Under the pieces are notes generated by a model that saw only the letters and a list, made by a program, of their open reading frames with translations, ran no database searches and was not told where the DNA came from. A DNA stretch of 64,000 nucleotides from NCBI RefSeq assembly GCF_009914755.1, contig NC_060941.1; one strand, written 5' to 3'. The translations under genes were made by a program, and so were the position numbers. The number at the start of each line of letters is the position of its first letter. Within the stretch, counting starts at the first letter, position 1. Below, one piece after another: positions 46,305-58,300 of the stretch. This DNA is from the human T2T-CHM13v2.0 reference genome, Homo sapiens.

Positions 46305-48269
46305 CACAGCAGTGGTTTTGATGGTCTCCCAGCAGGTAGTGACAGGATCAAGAACTGAAACTATTTCTAATATTGAAGTTCAGTGCTTCTACTTCACATG
46401 CCAAAAATTAATCTCTAGCATAATGTCAACTCTCTTTACTTATAAATCACATGAAAAAGGAGTGGTTGTTGGCTTGCATAAAATAACTTGGATATTCAAG
46501 TGAGGATGGCTAATCCAAACAATGCTTAGCATTCTCATTTGCATAAAGAGCTTTGAGTTCATATGCAGTACTGGGAGTAGCACTCCAAGGTGAGTCCTCA
46601 CAGTTCAGAAAGGTATAGCCAATACCCCATATAGGAAGGAGCCAGGCAATGGGGAAAGAGCATAGGTCAGACAGAGCTGGGCTTGACTTTGCAATTTGCC
46701 ATTTGTTAGTGTGACCTGGGACAAAAAATAAGTTCTTCTGAGCTTCACTTTTATCTGTTGCAGAGAACAGTCCATTTACTTAAACCTAGTTACCTTAGGT
46801 TCACCAGATAGGATTCACTGAATTGTTTCTAATGCCATAATTCAGTGCTTTTAAAAGTGAATAAAATTTTGAGGTTACCAAGACAATTTTAAATTAAATA
46901 GATAATTTAAAAAATCTCCTTTATCCTGAATAAATTTTAACAACTACTTTCTTCAATTATAGACACTGTTTATAGTCAATGGGTGGATCCAGCATTTTAA
47001 TCAGTTTTACTGATTTTAAAGTCAATGTTTCTTCTATTATATTCCCCTGTCCTCAATTGTTTTTAGCTCATCTTTTAAAAAAACTTAAAATAATATGTAT
47101 TTCAGTTATGCTTTAGTGATTTTTAAGTACTCAATCAAATTTTCATCCAGCTCTGGTCATATATTTTGTCTTCTACTTTGTTGGTGGCTTAAGAGTTTGC
47201 AAGTATGCCAGTTCCCCCATGAGGACCACTGTCCACACACACACTCCGCTCTTCCCCTTCAGCTGCTCAAAGATTCTCTATGCTGTCCTTGTGAGTTTTT
47301 GTGCTTGAAGAATCAATCAGAATTAGGAGATGTGCTGACAGCCACACAAGCTGATTTCCTGAACCTCTTAGTCCACAGGTCCAGAAAGGAAATGCAGACT
47401 CTCATTTGTAATAAAATGACAAGGATATTGTGGTGGGAAGGCTTGTCTCTTCCTAATATGGGCCACTTACTGGCATTTTTCTTCATTTTTATGTGAGTTA
47501 AATTCCCATTGATGTGGGTGATGACTGTTGGTCAAACACCACTCCTGCATCTGGGTCCGGCATACTCCCTCAGTGTCCCAGTGGTAAACACAGAGGAATT
47601 GAAAGACAGAATGACTTCACCTCTGAAGTCCTATTTGGTGCACATTTTGATCCCAGGGACCAACCATGCAGGAGGCCTAGGGTGTTTTCACTCGGGCACA
47701 ACCATGAAAGTGTTGTGTATTTTTTTCCCCTTGGTGGAAAAATGATGGCTTTGCTTTCTTGAAGCATTCCTGTTGGCTTATTCATGGAACCCAAAGAGGG
47801 CGACATCCAAGGAGGGCAGCATGCAGCCTTCTGTTTCCCAGCCAGAGTCAGGGTTTGGCAAAGAGTTAAAGCTGGGAGGGAGGCGGGACTGCCCAGTGCA
47901 GTAGGTGAGAGAAGAGTTGGCCAAAAGGTAGGAAAGACTTGAAACCAAAATCCACACTCTGATGTGCGGGGCCTCCCAGTGAGAAAAAACACTCACCAGA
48001 CACCCACATACTTATTTGTGTTGGAATAGGGTATGCAGCGCCCAGGAGGCTGTTGAAACAGAGTACGGACACCCTTCAATGGGCTGGGGGAGCTGTGGAA
48101 AGCAGGGCTTGGGAGGAGGAGTGAAGGGGAGAATGGCCAAGGCAGGGCTGTGTCTCCCTTGCTGAAAGAATCCTTTTTGCAGGTTTACTTGGGATGGAGC
48201 TATAGGCTGTGTCCTGTGTGGGTGGTGGGTGGCGAGACTTATGAGAAGTAGGGAACTTTCTTTTCTCTG

Positions 48270-48740
48270 GAGCCAGACAGACTTAGGTTTCACTCCAGAC
48301 TCCACCACTTATGAGCATTGGATTCTTGGGGAAAAGTCACTTAAGTTGTCTGAACCTCAGTTTCCTAATGAGTCAAATGGGAATAAAATTGTGGTTTTTT
48401 AATGAGTACTCAATTTGGTATTGCATATGAAAAGTTAGCCTTGGTGTGCCTGGCCCTCGTCAATTTTCAGTAATTAGCTGCTAATTTTTCACGTGTTAGG
48501 TGACAGGTTGTATATAGGAAGGGCAGTCTCATAGAATGGTGTTAGAGTGTCTCCTCCTGGGTATAATTTCTGGCTTTACCTGGTACTGGGCTTATGACTT
48601 AAGCATGTTTCTTAACATTGCTAAACTTCAGTTTATTCCATCATAAAAAGATTATCATATCATTCTACTTTTTCATCAAGAGGACTAGTTGGGATAATGC
48701 ATGAAAAACACTTAGCATAGTGCCTTAATAAATAACACCA
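48270..48740 (+). mobile_element. Two tandem MIR fragments
   Basis: gagccagacagacttaggttt...ctgaacctcagtttcct; cacttagcatagtgcct. Confidence 0.7.
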
Positions 48741-48819
48741 TAAGAGTTGACTGAGATGCTAGCAATGGTGAAGCTGTGATTGCGTATAGCTTCTGAAGAC
48801 AGAGATTGCATAGTCTAGA

Positions 48820-49037
48820 CCATGGTTCCTCACTGAGGGTCCTCAGGAGACATTTGATGATATCTGGAGACAATTTTAGTTTTATAACTTGTGGGAGAAT
48901 GGGGGAGATTGCTATTGTCATCTAATGGAGAGAAACAAAGAATGCTGCTAAACTTTCCACAGTACACTGAACAGATCTCCACAACAAAGAATTAACAAGC
49001 CCAAAACATCAACTGTGACAAGGCTGAGAAACCCCAG
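48820..49037 (-). mobile_element. MER20-like element
   Basis: gagacatttg...tctggagacaatttt...atgctgctaaac...aaggctgagaaacccc. Confidence 0.7.
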
Positions 49038-50089
49038 TCCATACCAGGTGCTTTGGAAAGACTTAATTGACATAAAGTAGACATCGGAAGGTCTACCTGA
49101 ATTATAATCAGGGATAACTAAGTTTTTCAGTTGTTAAAATACAAAGCATGTGTCACCCTCTAGGTTGTGTATCTTCTAGAGACCTTGCCATAGTCACCAT
49201 TATCCCCTGTAACTTGGCACAAGTTATGCATTTACAAAATGTCTTTCAAATCAATGCATAAAGTTGCCTGATGAGTTCCAGTGCAAGGTTAAATATTCAA
49301 CTAGTATTTGATAATCTGTAGAGGACTTTCACCTTGAAACAAAATGGGAAAATGGGTCAGTTTTTGGAGAGAGCATCACACAGGGTAATCAAAACTGGAA
49401 CTGAGAAACTAAAGTAGCAGAAAACACAGGAAAGTTACTGCTTGGCATGTACCACCAATTTGGGACTGGGAAGGCTGGGAGTGGATTTGCCTTTCTAATT
49501 AGGTTTGACTTGGGCTAATATTGAAGTGAGCTTTTGTTCCCTAAGTAGACACCAGCTGGGAGGCGGTCCAGGAACGTGCTGGGTGGTAGGGTGAAGTCAG
49601 CCTGATATTACACATTTTCTCTGGGTGACCCATAAATAGATCATTCACACATGGACATATGAGACCAGTCTATAAACTCAGCTCTGATGCAGAATGTCCT
49701 GAGAGGTTAGACTCCTGAGTCACTCTGATGACAGTTCAAATCCAGTCTCCATTACTTGCTCACTGTGTGGCCTTGCAAAAGATATTTAGCTTTTCTGAGC
49801 CTCACTTTTTTCTCAATCTGGAAAATTCAGATGAATAATATTTACTTCAGGAGGTTGTTATGAAGGATAAAAAAAAAACAAAAGAGATAAGAGATTATGT
49901 TGACTCCTACTACAGAAAACCTAGAAGGGGCTAAAATGGATTACACCATGTATTGATTTAGGGAATAACTCCCCCAAGTAGATGAATTATTGCTTACTTA
50001 ATTTTTGTATTACGTCTAGTACCTACCAACACTTACCTATCCCATTGTATGGGCTCCTAAATGCTCTTGCAGATAATCCCTTCTACCTC

Positions 50090-50722
50090 ACCACAACAAT
50101 TGTCCTTAGAAATACTTCAGAGCATTCCTCCTAAAGGATAACACCAGTCAAACCACTCCAAAATTTGGAAATGCTTCTTGTGACCTACAGAAGATAGTCT
50201 AAAATTCTTGGCAAGGCATTAAAGCCTTCATCCATCTAGTCTCCACCAATGCTCCACCCCTAATTCTTGCCAATGCCTGCATCCCCACACACAGGTAAAT
50301 TCTGGGCCACAGGCTTTCCAGGTTACTTGCTATTTCCAGAATATTCATATAATTGTTATTCCTTTAGGTCTTTGCTCCTGTTCTTTCCTCAGCTTGAACC
50401 AATCCTTTTTAATGTAGTCATATTAAGTTTTTGATGCCCAGGTCAAAGCTCATCTTTTTCCAGGAAACCTCTCTTCATTTTACTTCTCGTAGTTGGAATT
50501 ATATTTCTTATTCCATGGGCCTCCAAAGCACTTGCTGGCTTTATCTTATGATGTCTGTGCTTTCTATCCATGCTTTTATGGCAGTTTAGCTCACATCTTT
50601 ACCCCTTTGTGAAATGAGGAGCTTTATACAAACATTAGAAATCTTTGTGACCCTTCCTCCCATCACTCTCCCTTCACCTAGAATAGTATCTTGCACTGGG
50701 GAGGCACTCGACAAATGTTGGA
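50090..50722 (+). mobile_element. L2 LINE 3' fragment
   Basis: tttgctcctg, tccaggaaacct, cacctagaatagt...ggcactcgacaaatgttgg. Confidence 0.65.
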
Positions 50723-50949
50723 TTAAGCCTCAAAATTATCAAGGAGTTCATCCCTTAAGGGAATTTCTGTTGCCAAAGGTGTATCCCTTTATCATACCAA
50801 AATGTCCCCCCAAAAGAAGGAGTGCTGGAATAAATTTCATTTTCTCTACAACCAGAGCAAATTCATGTCTACCCTCCACTCTTGAGGTAACTTGAAAGTC
50901 CATGGGTTACTTCTTCATATTTCCTACATCTCAATGTACTCCTTAGCAC

Positions 50950-51520
50950 TTTTAAAGAGTACAGTATGGAAAAAAAAGGGGGCAGAAAAGTCTACTGGAG
51001 AAACATGACAAACACCACCTTAGCCAAATGACCAAGACTAACACCAACAGTGGTATGTTGTGTTGATACCCTTCATATAGTACAATGAGAATGGAGCTTC
51101 TCCTTTGGACTTTCTCCACGAAGTGCTGTATAATCATAGGAGAAACATCAGAAAAACTCAAGTTGAAGGATATTCTACAAAATACCCGATCTGTATTCCT
51201 CAAAACTCTTGTGACTATTAAAAAGCAATAAAAGTTTGAGAAACTATCACAGTTTCTCAAAGAGGAGAAAGAGGAGCCTAAGGAGTCATGCCATCTAAAT
51301 GTAATGTATCCTGAATGGGATCGCGGGACAGAAAAGGAACATTAGGTAAGAACTATGGGAATTTGAATAAAGTGTGGATTTTTTTTATTAATAATGCATC
51401 CATATTGGTTCTTTGGTTGGGACAAATATGCATAGTGAAGTTAGCTGTTAACAATAGGGGAAATTGGTGTGGGGCATATACACACTCTCTGTACTACTTC
51501 GCAATTTTGTTGAATGCCTA
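50950..51520 (+). mobile_element. L1MC/L1MD-type 3'UTR fragment
   Basis: acaccaccttagccaa, aggagaaacatcaga, gacagaaaaggaacattaggtaa. Confidence 0.7.
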
Positions 51521-52334
51521 ATGAGTAAACGATAAAGGGTATTTGGATTTGACCTCCCTATGAAGAATTAGAAAAAAACTGAACAGTTTAAAACATGTGG
51601 CTATAGCATAGTGATCAATAACCCTAAGCAAGTAATTTGAACCTCTTTGTTTACTCATTCATTTAATAATAGTTTTTAGATGTGTGTAATGTGTGGCATA
51701 GGACAAATTAATCTATACAAGATGCCTAGCACACAGCAAATGCTCAATGAATGTTGCCTTCCTTTTGTTGTATTAGGCTTGCTGGCAAGTCACTTAACCT
51801 CTCTATGGACAATGAGGTATTTGCTATTGAATGGAATTGAAAGAACATTTATTTAAACAAAAACTGTAGTTATTACTGCCTTCTAATTGAGTGGGATAGC
51901 GTAATCTCTATCAGCAGGGAAATAAATATCTACACTCTCTTCTTCCAGTTACAGAGACTGATGGAAGAACAGGAAAGATAAAAATTTTAAAGCTTCTCAC
52001 ATTTCTTTTGTGCTGATAAAAAGTGAGTCCAAGGGTAGATGAACCTTTGTTTTAGCAGGCACATTAATGAAATGGTATTTTAAAAAATAGACCTATAATC
52101 CAATAGAGGGTGGAGAGTTCACAACAGCTGACCCATTCTGCATAATTAAGTTAGGTAATTAAGATGAAAAGAGCATAAAAATGTGTGTGTGTTCCAGTGA
52201 GTAGTGTTGAGCTACAGAGCAGGAGGCTGCAACCTTTCCAGAAATGTGACCAGTAAGAGATTTTCTACGGAGGCATAGTCCAAGGACTTTTATCTACTTA
52301 TTTTTTCAGGATCTTATTCAAGATACATTTTATT

Positions 52335-55300
52335 TTTCTTTTCTTATTTAACTGTTATTTTAGTTTCAGGGGTACATGTGCAGGTTGGTTCTATAGATAA
52401 ATTGCATGTTGTGGGAGTTTGGTGTACTGATTATTTCATCATTCAGGTAATAAGCACAGTGCCTGATAGGTAGTCTTTCAGTCCTCACCCTCCTCCCACC
52501 CTCTACCCTCAAGTGCGCCCCAGGGTCTACTGTTCCTTTCTTTGTGTCCATGTGTACTCAATGTTCAGCTCTCACTTATATGTGAGAACATGTGGTATTT
52601 GGTTTTCTGTTCCTGCATTTGTTCACTGAGGATAATGGCCTCCAGCTGCATCCATGTTGCTGCAAAGAGCATGATTTTATTATCTCTTATAGTGGCGTAG
52701 TATTCTGTGCTGTATATGCACCACATTTTCTTTATACAGTCTACTGTTGATGGGAATTTAGGTTGATTCCTTGTGTTTGCTATTGCAAATAGTGCTGCAA
52801 TAAACATGCATCTCTTCATGGTAGAATGAATTATATTCCTTTAGGTATACACCCAGTAATGGGATTACTGGGTCAGTATTTCTGTTATAAGTTTTTCGAG
52901 GAATCACCAAACTGCTTTCCACAATGGGTAAACAAGTTTATATTCCTATCAGCAGTGTATAAGCATTCCATTTTCTACAGAACCTTGCCAGCGTCTGTTA
53001 TTTTTTTGGCTTTTTAATAATAGCCATTCTGACTGGTGTGATGTGTTATCTCATTGTGGTTTTCATTTGCACTTTTCTAAATTAGTGATACTGAGCATTT
53101 TAGCATATGCTTGTTGGTCACTAGTATGTCTTCTTTTGAAAACTGTCTACCCATGTCCTTTGCCCACTCTTTAATAAGGTTGTTTGTTTTTTGCTTGTTA
53201 ATTTAAGTTTCTGATAGATTCTGGATATTGGACTTTTGTCAGATGCACAGTTTGTAAATATTTTATTCCATTTTGTAGGTTGTCTGTTTAATCTGTTAAT
53301 ACTTTTATTTATTTATTTATTTTGCTATGCAGAAGCTCTGTAGTTTAATTAGTTCCCATTATATCAATTTTTGTTTTTGTTGCAATTGCTTTTGGCATCT
53401 TCTTCATGAAACCTTTGGCAGGGCCTATGTCCAGAATGTTATTTCCTAGGTTTTCTTCAAGAGATTTTATAATTTGGGGTTTTATATTTAAATCTTTAAT
53501 TCATCTTGAGTTGACTTTTGCATATGGTGCAAGGAAGGGATCCAGTTTCAGTCTTCTACATGTGGCTAGTCAGTTATTCCAGCACCATTTATTGAATAGG
53601 GAGTCCTTTCCCCATTGCTTGTTTTTGTCAACTTTGCCAAAGATCAGAAGTTTTCAGGTATGGAGCCTTATTTCTGGGTTCTCTCTTCTGTTCCATGGGT
53701 CTATGTGTCTGTTTTTATACCAATACCATACTGTTATAGTTATTGTAGCCTTGCAGTATAGTTTAACGTCAAGTAATGTGATGTCTCTAGGTTTGCTATT
53801 TTTGCTTAGGATGCCTTTGGCTATTTGGGCTCTTTTGGGTTCCATATGAACTTTAGAATAATTTTTTTCTAATTCTGTGAATAATTTGATTGGTAGTTGG
53901 ATAGAAATAGCATTGAATCTGTACATTGCTTTGGGTAGTATGGCCATTTTAAAAATATTGATTCTTCCTATCCATGAGCATGGAATATTTTTCCATTTAT
54001 TGGTGTCATCTCTCATTTCTTTCTGCAGTGTTTTATAGTTCTCCTTGTAGAGATCTTTCACCTCCCTGTATTAGCTATATTTCTATGTATTTGGTTTTTT
54101 TGTGGCTATTGTAAATGGGATTGAATTCTTGATATGGAACTCAGCTTGGACATTGTTAGATTATAGAAATACTACTGATTTTTATACACTGATTTTATAT
54201 CCTGAAACTTTACTGGGGTTGTTTATCAGATCTAGGAGCTTTTGGGCAGAGACTACGGGGTTTTCTAAGTATAAAATCATATCATCTGCAAACTGGGGTA
54301 GTTTGATTTCTCTTCCTATTTGGATAATTTTTACTTATTTCTGTTGCCTGATTGCTCTGGTTAGAACTTCCAGTGCTATGTTGAACAGGAGTAGTGAGAG
54401 TGGGCATCCTTGTTTTGTTCCAGTTCTTAAGGGGAATGCTTCCCACTTTTGCTCATTCAGTATGATGTTGACTGTGGGTTTGTCATAGATGTCTCCTATA
54501 ATTTTGAGGTATGTTCATTCAATGCCTAGTCTGTTGAGGCATGAAGGGATACTGAATTTTATCAAAAGTCTTTTCTGCATCTATTGACATGATCATGTGC
54601 GTTTTGTTTTTCGTCCTGTTTATGTGATGAATCACATTTATTGATTTGATACATTGCCATGAACCAACATTCCATCCCAAGGATAAAGCCTACTCAATAT
54701 GATGGGCTAGCTTTTTTTTTTAATGTGCTGCTGGATTTGGTTTGCTAGTGTTTTGTTGAGGATATTTGCATCTCTGTTCATCAAGGATATTTTATTTGCC
54801 TGGAGTATTCTTTTTTATTGTGTCTCTACCATGTTTTGATATCAGAATGATTCTGGCCTCATAGAATGAGTTAGGGAGGAGTTCTTCCTTCTCAATTTTT
54901 GGAGAATTTCAGTAGGAATGGTACCAGCTCTTCTTTCACATCTGGTAGAATTTGGCTGTGAATCCTCCTGGTCCTGGGCTTTGTATCTTTGGCATGCTTT
55001 TTATTACTGACTCAATTTCAGAACTTGTTATTGATGTGCTCAGGGTTTCATTTTCTTCCTGCTTCAATCTTGGGAGGTTGTATGTTTCTAGGAATTTGTT
55101 CATTTCTTGTAGGTTTTCTGATTTGTGTGCATAGAGGTGTTCATAATACTCTCTGAAGGTTTTTAAAATTTTCTATGGGGTCAGTGGTAATGTCCACTTT
55201 GTCATTTCTGATTGTGTATTTGGATCTTCCCTCTTTTTTATTAGTCTACCTAACAGTCTCTCGATCTTATTCTTTATTCTTTCAAATAACAGACTTCCAG

Positions 55301-58300
55301 TTTTGTTCATCTTTTGTATGATTTTTTGCTTCTCAATTTTATTCAGTCTAGCTCTGATTTTGATTATTTCTTGTCTTCTGCTACCTATGGGGTTGGTTTG
55401 CTTTTGTTTTTTTTTTTTTTTTAGTTCCTCTAGGTGTCATGTTAGGTTGTTAATTTGAGATATTTAAAACTTTTTTATGTGGGTGGTGTTTAATGCTAGA
55501 AACGTTCCTATTAGCACTGCTTTAGCTGTATCCCAGAGACTCTGGTATGTTGTACGTTTGTTTACATTAATTTCAAAGAATTTCTTGATATTTGCCTTAA
55601 TTTCATTATTTATCCAGAAGTCATTCAGGAGCAGGTTGCTTAATTTCCATGTAATTGTATCACTTTTGAGTGGTCTTCTTAGTATTGAGGTCTATTTTTA
55701 TTGCACTATGGTCTGATAATGCGGTTGGTATAATTTCTTTTGTAAAAAAATAAATTTTGCTGAGAATTATTTTGTGGCCAAGTGTGTGTTCAATTTTAGA
55801 GTAGGTGCCATGTGCAGATGAGAAGAATGTACATTCTGTTGTTTTTGGGTGGAGAGTTCTGTAGATGTCTGTTAGGTCCATTTGGTCAAGTGTTGACTTT
55901 AGGTCTCAAGTATCTTTCTTAGTTTTGGCTATGGAATCTTTTCTGGCCTCTGTGGACAGTAGTCTTGCTCGGGCCCACTAGGTTCATTTTATCCACTCAG
56001 GCTGGCAGGCTGTGCTCAGCTCACGCCACCAGCCTGGATGCCACATCTCCAAGGGAGACTGCAAGTCAGGCACAGAGCGAGGGGTGTGTGAGTGAGCATG
56101 GAGTCCTGCCACTGTGCAGTCGGACATGTTGGCTGCTGCTGCAGGGTAGGCAGCTCCAGGTGCTGGCATGGGCACCAGCTCTCTATGAGGCTGTGGCTGG
56201 ATCAAGAGCATTGCAAGCAGCTTCCCCGGCTGGTACTGGGGAAGTTCTTGTCCTGTGACCAGGAAGAATGAAGTATGCAGACAAGTAGAGGGTGAACAAG
56301 ATGAAGAAGAGCTTTATTGAGAGATAGAACAGCTCAGAGGAGACCCACAGTGAGTACTGGGTAGTTCCTTTCCACAACCAGGTGTCCCAACAAGTGTTCA
56401 GCTCCTAGCAAAGAGGAGACCCTGGAGTGGGAAGCTCCTCCCTGTAGGCAGATCATTCCATTGTCTCTGCAGCTCTCAGCAGAGAGGAGGCCCTAGAGTG
56501 GGTGGCTCCTCTCTGCAGGCAGGTCATCTTGTTGTCTATCCCATCATCTTTCCATCTTCTCCTCAAGTCTGACTGAGCCTGGGGTTTTTATGGATCTCAG
56601 AGGGGAGAAAGTACATGCTGGGTGGTCCATGGGTGGCCATGAGTGGGCCCAGGGTAAAGCACCACAAGCTCCCCCTCTGGTCTGTGGGACAGGCAGCCTG
56701 GTCCCCAGGCTTCAGGCCCTCCCCAGCTTGAAGGTAGGGCTTCACTGAGGACCCACCCCCTTCCATCTAGAAGCCTGTCTGCCTCCTGCTGCTGTTCATG
56801 GCGCCTAGAATATTCATGCCCAGGGACACCTGCAGGCCAGTCTGGGCTGTTCTCAGCAATCCCTTGGCCTCCCTCCCATGCTTGTTGGTGCACAAAGTCT
56901 GGAGGGGATTGAAGTAGCAGGGGGCTGGCATGTCAGTGCTGCCCCAAGTGTGTGCACACCCTGCCAGGCTGTGACAGTGCTTGTGCTTGGTCTGAACTCT
57001 GCTCCATGATCAGAGAGGATGGGACAGTGGGAAGAGGCCCAGCGTGGGAATAATACCTCTGAGCCTGTGGCAGTAAGGGGGGCTTTCCCAGGACCCCCAG
57101 GAGTGCAGAGATGCCTGGGTCTGCAGCTGCACCTGGGGCAGCCACAGCTGTGCTCATGGAGCTCCCACCCCACCAACTTAGAAGGGGTGGGGATCCCACT
57201 TATCCCTGCTCCCAATGCCTCCATGGACTGTGCTGCCCTGGCTGCACCCCCTCGCAGCCTGGTGTGGGGACTCCAGGTCTTTGTTGGGCCTGGGCTGGTG
57301 TCTGGGGCAGGGGTGACATCACCATGAGCTCCCCCATGGCCCTGGTGCTCAGGGGAGGCACAGGGCTCCCCATCACCTGGCTTGTGGCCCTGCCCAGGGG
57401 GCACATCTGGGAGTGGATTGTGGGCTCTGGGCCTGGCTGTCAGGAGTGTCAGGCTCTGCGGTCACCCCGATATGAGGCAGACCCCAGGGACGTGGCCCAG
57501 GGCAGCCCCCCACAAAGCCACCTCCTGAGGCACAGGAACCTTCCCACTTCCTGTCCCAGGCCCCTGAGGCATGGCCCCAGCTTCATGCCCCAGGCTCAGC
57601 CCCCGCACTCCATGTGCAAGCAGAGGACTGCCCTTGGCCCATCTCTGCTTCAGAGTCCCTCTCTGCCTGACCACACTGCTCCCCTATTGGCAGGCAACTT
57701 GGCCCAGCCCCATTTCAGTGGCCCCCAGGGTGGCAGGTTGTAGGGGGTTCGCAGGGGTGGGCTCCAGGGCCGTCTGCCTCCTTCCCACACTCTCCCTGCA
57801 GTGGCAGTGGGCGAGAGCAGAAATGCAGGGCCAGGGCCCAGAGCAACAGAGGCTCTGGGACTGGAAGTGGATTCCACCCCGCAGTGAGAGAATGGGGCCA
57901 CACAGTTGGCCGTCTTGGTTATGCAGGGCACAGGGGACCCACTGCCACCACTGCCACGCCTGCAGCCATTCCTGCTGCTACTGCTCACACCTCCCCACTG
58001 CAGCCAGCATGATGGCAGCAGCTGCCCCAGATGGCCTGCCACTGCCCTCATTTTATGCCTCAGTTATCTGTCTAATATGGCCAGTGGGGTGTTGAAGTCT
58101 CCCACTATTATTATGTGGCTATCTAAGTTTCTTTGCAGGCCTCTCGAGATTTGCTTTATGAATGTGGCCACTCGTATGTTGGGTTCATATATATTTAGGA
58201 TAGCTAAGTCTTCTTATTGAATCAAACCCTTTAAAATTATGTAATTCCCTTCTTTTCCTTTTTTTTTTAAATCATTCTTAGTTTAAATTCTTTTTGTCTA

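Noticed and set aside
46530-46544. Octamer ATTTGCAT next to a SOX-like CATTCTC
   Set aside because: The orientation does not match the SOX2-OCT4 composite and the SOX half is imperfect.
55965-58220. Cluster of long overlapping ORFs (up to 210 aa)
   Set aside because: They lie within a GC-rich MER52-like LTR, where stop codons are scarce. They overlap on both strands, are P/G/A-rich and show no recognisable domain.
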